From Eledone cirrhosa (Eukaryota), in contig OZ024761.1 in the NCBI GenBank assembly GCA_964016885.1, positions 496,001-560,000 on the forward strand: 64,000 nt of DNA. The letters run 5' to 3'. The position numbers and the translations under genes were made by a program. Under the pieces are notes generated by a model. It was not told the origin of the DNA. It did no database searches and saw nothing but the letters and a program-made list of their open reading frames with translations. Shown here piece by piece: positions 56,271 to 64,000 of the stretch (position 1 is its first letter; every line of letters begins with the position of its first letter).

Positions 56271-57009
56271 ATATATTTATATATGCGTGTGTATGTATAT
56301 GTGTATGCGTATGTATGTGTATATGTATTTGTATATGTATGTGTATATGTGAGAGTGTGTGTATGTATTTATTTTTACGTATGTATGTGTACGTGCAATT
56401 GTGTGTATTGCTTACCACGTGTATTTGTTCATTTATTTGTTGCCTGTATCGCTGTCAACATTTTTATTTTTTTATTCTTATGTGACGGTATTTTTATTAT
56501 TATATATATATTTTTTAATATTTATTTGTGTGTGAGTATGTAGGTGTGTGTACATATTTCTATATTTGTGCATGCGTATGTATGCGTGTATATATGTATG
56601 TATGTATGTGTATGTATGTACGTGTGTATATATGTATGATTGTGTGTATGTATGTATGTATGTATGTGTATGTATATATGTGTATGTGTATATATATATA
56701 TATATATGTGTGTGTATATATATGTATGTGTGTGTATGTATGTATGTATATATATGTTTATGTATATATATATATGCATGTAAATGTGTGTGTGTTTGTG
56801 TGTGTATGTATATGCACGTTTCTGTACTTGTATGTATGTGTATGTATGGATATATTGATAATTATGTGTATATGTATGTATATGTGTATGTGTATGTATA
56901 TATATACACATATATATGTGTGTGTGTGTATATGTGTGTGTATGTATGTGTGTATGTATATATATATATGTGTATGTATATAATTGTGTGTGTGTGTGTG
57001 TTTGCATGT

Positions 57010-57193
57010 GTGTTTATTTTTCCTTTCCTTCTTCCTTTTCCAGCCTCACTTTCATATAGATTATATTTTTGTTTTTAAAATCCAATACTAATAAATACAC
57101 CAGGATTTTTTCATTCTGATGATTGAAAACAAAATTTGTTTGCTTTTAAGAAACCACTGGTAAATGAAATAATTGCCTTATGTTGTTTATTAC

Positions 57194-57197
<4 letters not shown>
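57010..57197 (+). mobile_element. Family G pLTR-like end
   Basis: Matches 18250-18415; CUGAUGA-UU-GAAA at 57116-57128. Confidence 0.65.
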
Positions 57198-57282
<85 letters not shown>

Positions 57283-57309
57283 ATATATGTATTTATATAT
57301 ATGTATATA

Positions 57310-57341
<32 letters not shown>

Positions 57342-57450
57342 CATAAATATATATACAGTATATATATATATATATATATATACCTAAATATATACACAGT
57401 ATATGTATATATATATATATATATATATACATAAATATATATACAGTATA

Positions 57451-57514
<64 letters not shown>

Positions 57515-57610
57515 AATATATATACAGTATATATATATATATACATAAATATATATACAGTATTTTGTATATATATATATATATATATACATAAATATAT
57601 ATACAGTATA

Positions 57611-57659
<49 letters not shown>

Positions 57660-57744
57660 TATATGTATATATATATACATAAATATATATACAGTATATG
57701 TATATATATATATATAAATTAATAGAAATATATACAGTATATGT

Positions 57745-58563
57745 AAAGAATGAATAATAACAGGTAGACATCATAAAAAGGTAATTTATTCCGTGTGCTT
57801 ACAAGTGTTTCCACGGTGGTACTGCAGCCTAGTTCCGTTACGTGCAAATTCACAAGTACTTGCAGAACTCGAATATCCAATGCTGTGACCACTGTTTCCT
57901 CAGAGCAGAATGGTAAATGTACAATGTAAATACCCTTAAGTGGTGTTGTTGGGGAAGATAGAGTAGAACAGGAAGAGAGAAAAGTAGGGAAGAGGGAGAG
58001 AGAAAGAAAGATATGCAGGGGTTGGAGAAGTAGGAGAGAGTGGCTTGTAGATATCTTAATCAAAATGTTATGGTAGGGGTTTTATTATACTGGTTACTTT
58101 TGGAGAGATGCGTTGATAGTTAAGATCGGAATTATTTATTGCCCCAGAGGGCAGGTTCATAGATGTTGAGAGGCAGGTAGGTCAAAGGTGAGAGAGAGAG
58201 AGTGTAATGGATGTAGAGAGAGATAGGTAGAGAGGGGACAGATAAAGTATGTGTGGTGAGTGAACTTTTGGTTTTGTAGTAGTAATCTAGGAATTGCACT
58301 GAGTTACCATGTATAGTGATAAGCAGTGTATTGTCTTGTAGTGTGGGGGGAAGAGAAGGTTGTTAGCTAGAAAGTGGTGTTATAGTTACGGGTTCGAATG
58401 TTAAGTTATTTTATAGTGAGAGAATTTAGCTTTTAGTTTGTGGTTGCAGTATAATGATCGTTCAATTCTATCGTTAAGTAGTTTGTTTTTGGATTTTAAT
58501 ATGTAAAATAGCTCAAGGTTACATAACCTGCAGTACTTCAATCCACTCCGATATGCACTTGCG
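57745..58563 (-). mobile_element. 5'-truncated Naiad-type PLE (family BB)
   Basis: Minus 58562-58401 translates ASAYRSGLKYCRLCNLELFYILKSKNKLLNDRIERSLYCNHKLKAKF.. (GIY-YIG C-terminus), then 3'UTR, HHR and AATAAA. Confidence 0.85.
57788..57911 (-). ncRNA. Hammerhead with about 85-nt stem II (family BB)
   Basis: AUUC-UGCU CUGAGGA [AACAGUGGU..CAGC...GCUG..ACCACCGUG] GAA AC-ACUU-GU A AGCA..GAAU. Confidence 0.8.
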
Positions 58564-58849
58564 ATATATATATATATATATCAATTAATAAAAATAATGA
58601 ATAAAAACAAAGAAACAATTCCTTATATTAAAAAATTCATCATTTTACGATCGTTTCTAGGATATATATGTGTGTGTTGGTATGTATATCATATAGATCT
58701 ATGTAAAATTTTTACAAACTATCAGAGGGAATATACATACCTACACATATATATGCTGTCTTCAGAAATCATGATATTTGTTTATTGAAAAAAAACAACA
58801 AAGATTTAATACACTACTGGCATTTCAGAAGGAATACTGGACCAGAAAT

Positions 58850-60658
58850 ACATATAGAAATCTATTCGACATTACTATGGGCTCTAGTGATTCTGCCCAA
58901 ATTACCGATCTTGTGGGCCTCTCTCTTCTATTTAACATAAATGCTTCTTTTCCCCACCTTAAAGGTGGTTTATATCGTGACGACTGTCTTCTTCTTTCCA
59001 CTAACCTTAGCCTATCAGAAATTGAAAAAAATAAAAAACTTATTAGAACTTTCCTCAAAGACTATTATAGTCTCAATATTACATTTGAAAACACAAGTAA
59101 AGTAGTTAATTTCCTTGATATAACATTAGACTTATCTACGGGTATCTACCAACCTTACCATAAACCTAACCAAAACTTACATTACATACACTCACAATCT
59201 AATCACCCTAAATCTATCCTTAAAAACCTAGCACATAATATCTCACAGAATTTCTAACCTTTCATCTAACCAGGATGTATTCGATAAAAATGCGACCTTT
59301 TATAACGAAGCTTTAGCTAGAAGCGGCCACAAAAACAAATTAGTATATATACCTTGTACCAATAATTGTTTCTACTTTAGGCACAAGGCCAGAAATTACC
59401 CAGTGCATTACTGGTACTTTATTTTATCGACCCCGTAAGGATGAAAGGCAAAGTCAACCTCGGCAGGATTTGAACTCAGATCGTAAAGGGACGTAACTAT
59501 GCTGGAAAGCATGGCGTCCGACACTCTACCGATACTGCCAATCCACCTTGTACCAATAATACTACGAACATACAACCCAATATTACCAACAAACACCAAA
59601 TGAAATATACACACCTAAATGCCAATCACAATATACCCAGAAATACCAACTTAAAACTTAATTTCTCTAACTCTTCTAATATACAATATAATAACTTTCA
59701 AAATACCATTCATCCTAATATTCCAATATATGTTAATAACAAAATTCCTAATAATCAGGCTAAAACACCTAAATCAATGAATCTAACTAAAAATATGTGT
59801 AATAAAATCACTAATACTAATTCTCTTAATAAACATCAGGATACATCGTATAAAAATAAAAAATAACATCGAAACCGTAATAGACGAGTTACTTGGTATA
59901 ATGCTCCATTTAATCTACAAATTAAAGATAATATACCTAAAAAAATGTTTACTATCCTAGAGAAAAACTTCCCGCCAAACCATAAATACCATCAAATTTT
60001 AAATAGATCAACGGTCAAATTCTCCTACTCAACAACCAAAAATATACAACAAAATATAAATGCCTACAATGCATATAAATGTAAAAAAAACATGAATATA
60101 CTACCAATACATCAAACTAACCATAATACTAAAATAAACCACAGCAAACCACCATCTCATTCACATACAACAAGTCGAGAAAATTCCACACCTAATTTGA
60201 CTATCTCCTCTGATACAACATTCACGAAAGGTTGTAACTGTAGAAACAAAGCAAATTGCCCATTAAAAGGAAATTGCCTTATTAATAACATAGTATATAA
60301 ATGTAAAATTAACACTAAGGACTTAACTTATTCATATATAGGAGCTACTTCTAACCAATTTAAAGTAAGATTTAATACCCACAAACACAGTTTTAAAAAT
60401 GCCGCATTAGCTAATACAACATCCTTAGCTGAAATAATTAATAATTATAGAAAAAAGAATATCGATTATAACCTGACCTGGAGTGTGCTCAAAAGGGCCA
60501 CCCCTTATCAAAATAATAGATATGAATGTAGATTATGTTCCCAGGAACTTTTTGAAATAATGAAATCTAAGGATATCCTATTAAATAAGCAACAAGAATT
60601 AATTATATCATGTAATCATAAAATTAGAAGAAATTTTAAATATTATAAACCTAATTAA
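58850..60658 (+). pseudogene. Disrupted PLE RT-GIY-YIG ORF
   Basis: FDITMGSSDSAQ, GLYRDDCL, NFLDITL, WYNAPF, CNCRNKANCPLKGNC, YIGAT..FKVR; frameshifts and a SINE insertion. Confidence 0.88.
59364..59547 (-). mobile_element. SINE inserted in PLE3 with target-site duplication
   Basis: accttgtaccaataat at 59351-59366 and 59545-59560. Confidence 0.92.
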
Positions 60659-61361
60659 TATACACTTTACAAATTATAACAAAATTTTTTTTTTTTTTAA
60701 AATTAGTTAACCTATAATTAATATTCTACTACTAATGAACTGCATAATTTTATTTCCCTTTTACCAATAAGTATACATATAAACTATTTTAATTTCAGGT
60801 TATGAATCTATATTCCTTGTAATCTATATAAATTTGTTATTTCTCACTAATACATTTATCCCCCCCCATTATTATTTTTTTTTTCTTTTCCCTTCGTTTT
60901 TAACAACATTCTTCAATTACATCTAACTCTTATTTATCATATCTATATGAATTAATATAAATTTATCAATATAAATATACCTATCAATTAAATTAATATA
61001 TTTTCTTTTTATAGATGTAAATTCCTTATGTTTTAAATAAGATTGATATTTTTCACTAACACATTTATCGTAAAATTTTATTCTCCTTAGATTTTAACAT
61101 TAGCATTATTCATTAATAACATCAAATTTTCGTGTACCTTTCACCGGCTTGACCTATTTTCATCCCCAAAGTAATCTTTTCATTCAAAATACTCTTTCCA
61201 TTCAAAACTGAAGTCTGCTTTCCTCTACCCCTAAATTAAATTTCTATTACTACTATTCTATTATCTTGACCACTTACTACCTTTCTATTGGTGAATTCAA
61301 AACCTGTTCCCAAACAGACCTATTATATTAAATCTTTGTTGGTTTTTTCAGTAAACAAATA

Positions 61362-61499
61362 TCATTATTTCTGAAGACAGCATATATATGTGTAGGTATG
61401 TATATTCCCTCTGATAGTTTGTAAAAATTTTACATAGATTTCTATGATATACATACCAACACACACATATATATCCTAGAAACGATCGTAAAATGATGA
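61362..61499 (+). ncRNA. Hammerhead with about 100-nt stem II (PLE3); mirror copy at 58637-58774 on minus
   Basis: UCAUUAUUU CUGAAGA [..AUAUAUAUGUGU..GGUAUGUAUAU...AUAUACAUACC..ACACAUAUAUAU..] GAA ACGAUCGU A AAAUGAUGA. Confidence 0.85.
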
Positions 61500-61681
61500 A
61501 TTTTTTAATATAAGGAACTGTTTCTTTGTTTTTATTCATTATTTTTATTAATTTATCTTGACTCTGTTTTCCTGTTTTTCATCGAAAAAAATTTGAATAC
61601 ATCTTCTCTTTTCATGATATTTGGATTACATTGAATTCTTCATACGGATTGGACACTACCGCATATTTTGGTAGATTTATC

Positions 61682-61727
<46 letters not shown>

Positions 61728-61739
61728 AATATATATACA

Positions 61740-61802
<63 letters not shown>

Positions 61803-61805
<3 letters not shown>

Positions 61806-62175
61806 GATATATTAACAAATGGAAACTATATTTATAAAACCATATTTATTTCATTATACATATTTCAAGGACACCAAGTCAAATTATGGAGCGCTTTCAT
61901 CATATAAAATATAATATAGATCAGTTTTATAAATAAATATTGACATACATATACATTTATTTATAAAACTGATCTATATTATATTTTATCTGATGAAAGC
62001 GCACCATAATTTGACTTGGTGTCCTTCAAATATGTATGATGAAATAAATATGGTTTTATAAATATAGTTTCCATTTGTTAATATATCGTATTTTTACTCC
62101 AATAATTTGTTGAGTGGTTTATATCAGTTATAAAAATATTTGCTTGTTGTATCCCAACAATTTAAATATAACTTC

Positions 62176-62180
<5 letters not shown>
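61803..62180 (+). mobile_element. Family J fold-back palindrome + tail
   Basis: Arms about 61803-61938 and 61955-62091; HHR in both arms. Confidence 0.82.
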
Positions 62181-62273
<93 letters not shown>

Positions 62274-62361
62274 GCTTGTTGTATCCCAACAATTTAAATA
62301 TAACTTCTACATATACATATATATATATATACATCGTGTAGGTATCACGACAAAAAAAAAC

Positions 62362-62691
62362 ACAGTCCACGCTGTAATGTGGCCGTGTAGGCAACACGGT
62401 AAAAACCTCCCAGTCCCACACTGTAAATGTGGTTGGTGTTAGGAAGAGCATCCAGCCGTAGAAAACCCGCCAGACAGTCCACGCTGTAATGTGGCCGTGT
62501 AGGCAACACGGTAAAAACCTCCAGCCCCACACTGTAAATGTGGTTGGTGTTAGGAAGAGCATCCAGCTGTAGAAAACCCGCCAGACAGTCCTATGCGAGC
62601 AAGACAACCACTCTTGCCTCAAGTGGGAAAACTCCCGTCCAAACCCATTCAAGCGTGGAACATGGACGTTAAACGATGATGATGATGATGA

Positions 62692-62694
<3 letters not shown>
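62362..62694 (+). mobile_element. SINE/RTE-type 3' end with internal 112-bp duplication and (GAT)n tail
   Basis: ggaagagcatccagccgtagaaa...catggacgttaaacgatgatgat. Confidence 0.65.
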
Positions 62695-62734
<40 letters not shown>

Positions 62735-62747
62735 AATATATATACAG

Positions 62748-62821
<74 letters not shown>

Positions 62822-62858
62822 TTTTTAAGAATAGAGGTGTAACACACGAGTTGTGATA

Positions 62859-63092
<234 letters not shown>

Positions 63093-63156
63093 TATATATA
63101 TGTATATATATATCAATATATATATATATGTATGTATATATATATATATATATATG

Positions 63157-63222
<66 letters not shown>

Positions 63223-63284
63223 TATATATATGTATATATATATCAATATATATATATATGTATGTATATATATATATATATATG

Positions 63285-63342
<58 letters not shown>

Positions 63343-63344
<2 letters not shown>

Positions 63345-63892
63345 GGGTCGTTGGCGACTAAACTGGCAACCCCACCAAGGTTTCTTGGTGAGGAGGGTGA
63401 CTTTGGACATCCTGCAGGACTAAAAACAAGACCTGTCAAAGGGCAAAGGAGCTCTTAAGAGTCAATGGCCATCCAAAATCACAGGGAGAGATGACCCCTT
63501 AGCCTTTGTCAAGGCAGAATTCTAGGAGAAGGAAAACTCTGATATAACACCTGCAACCCTGATGGTATCCAATGATGTTGACTAGTTCTTCTTTTTGGTA
63601 AATATCATCTTGGTTAAGAGAGTGGGACTGGCTTTGTGCAGTGCCTTTGCTCACTATAAAAGCTTCACGGCACAGGCATTGCTTTATATCTGGAGATATC
63701 TCTGCACTTGTCATCACATGTACCATGGACCCAGCACTATGTGTCAATAATTGTCACAAGTGTAGTGTTTGTACCAGAGTTTTCAAGTCACTGGCTGGAC
63801 TAAAAAGTCACACTCGTTCAGCGCATCGGTAGGGGTTCTCCTACATGGATATAAAGTAGTGGCCGTACTCGAAAACGAGTTGGCAGCCACCA
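63343..63892 (+). mobile_element. Internally deleted non-autonomous LINE (RTE-like) in (TA)n
   Basis: Ends with a C2H2-like CSVCTRVFKSLAGLKSHTRSAH and gagttggcagccacca(ta)n; second copy at 26954-27506. Confidence 0.8.
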
Positions 63893-63926
63893 TATATATG
63901 TATATATAAATATATATATATGTATG

Positions 63927-63995
<69 letters not shown>

Positions 63996-64000
63996 AAATA

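Larger units (their letters stand above)
58583..61684 (+). mobile_element. Naiad-type PLE3 with inverted pLTR and SINE insertion
   Basis: 58583-58811 is the reverse complement of about 61326-61553; RT and GIY-YIG segments; tail to 61684. Confidence 0.9.

Noticed and set aside
63343-63480. HDV-like ribozyme at the 5' end of the RTE derivative
   Set aside because: I could not fold a convincing nested double pseudoknot by eye

Overview
Repeat-dominated eukaryotic DNA with no confidently identifiable host gene. The extreme (TA)n/(CA)n load and the SINE types suggest a cephalopod, probably octopus (inference). Contents: microsatellites and minisatellites (30-bp and 45-bp arrays), about 20 tRNA-derived SINE copies, CR1-, RTE- and REL-type LINE fragments, MITEs, a Helitron-like element, and a dense set of Penelope-like retroelements (PLEs; RT plus C-terminal GIY-YIG endonuclease, Naiad-type signatures) inserted in (TA)n tracts. 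The main hidden signal is non-coding. Folding by eye gives about 30 hammerhead-ribozyme (HHR) motifs from at least 10 sequence families in PLE pseudo-LTRs (pLTRs) and ORF-less derivatives. These include forms with 80-100 nt stem II insertions, a form with no stem II, a retrozyme-like 231-nt tandem, and fold-back palindromes whose short arm stops just before a shared ACTCYR motif. All RNA folds were done by hand and need computational and biochemical confirmation.
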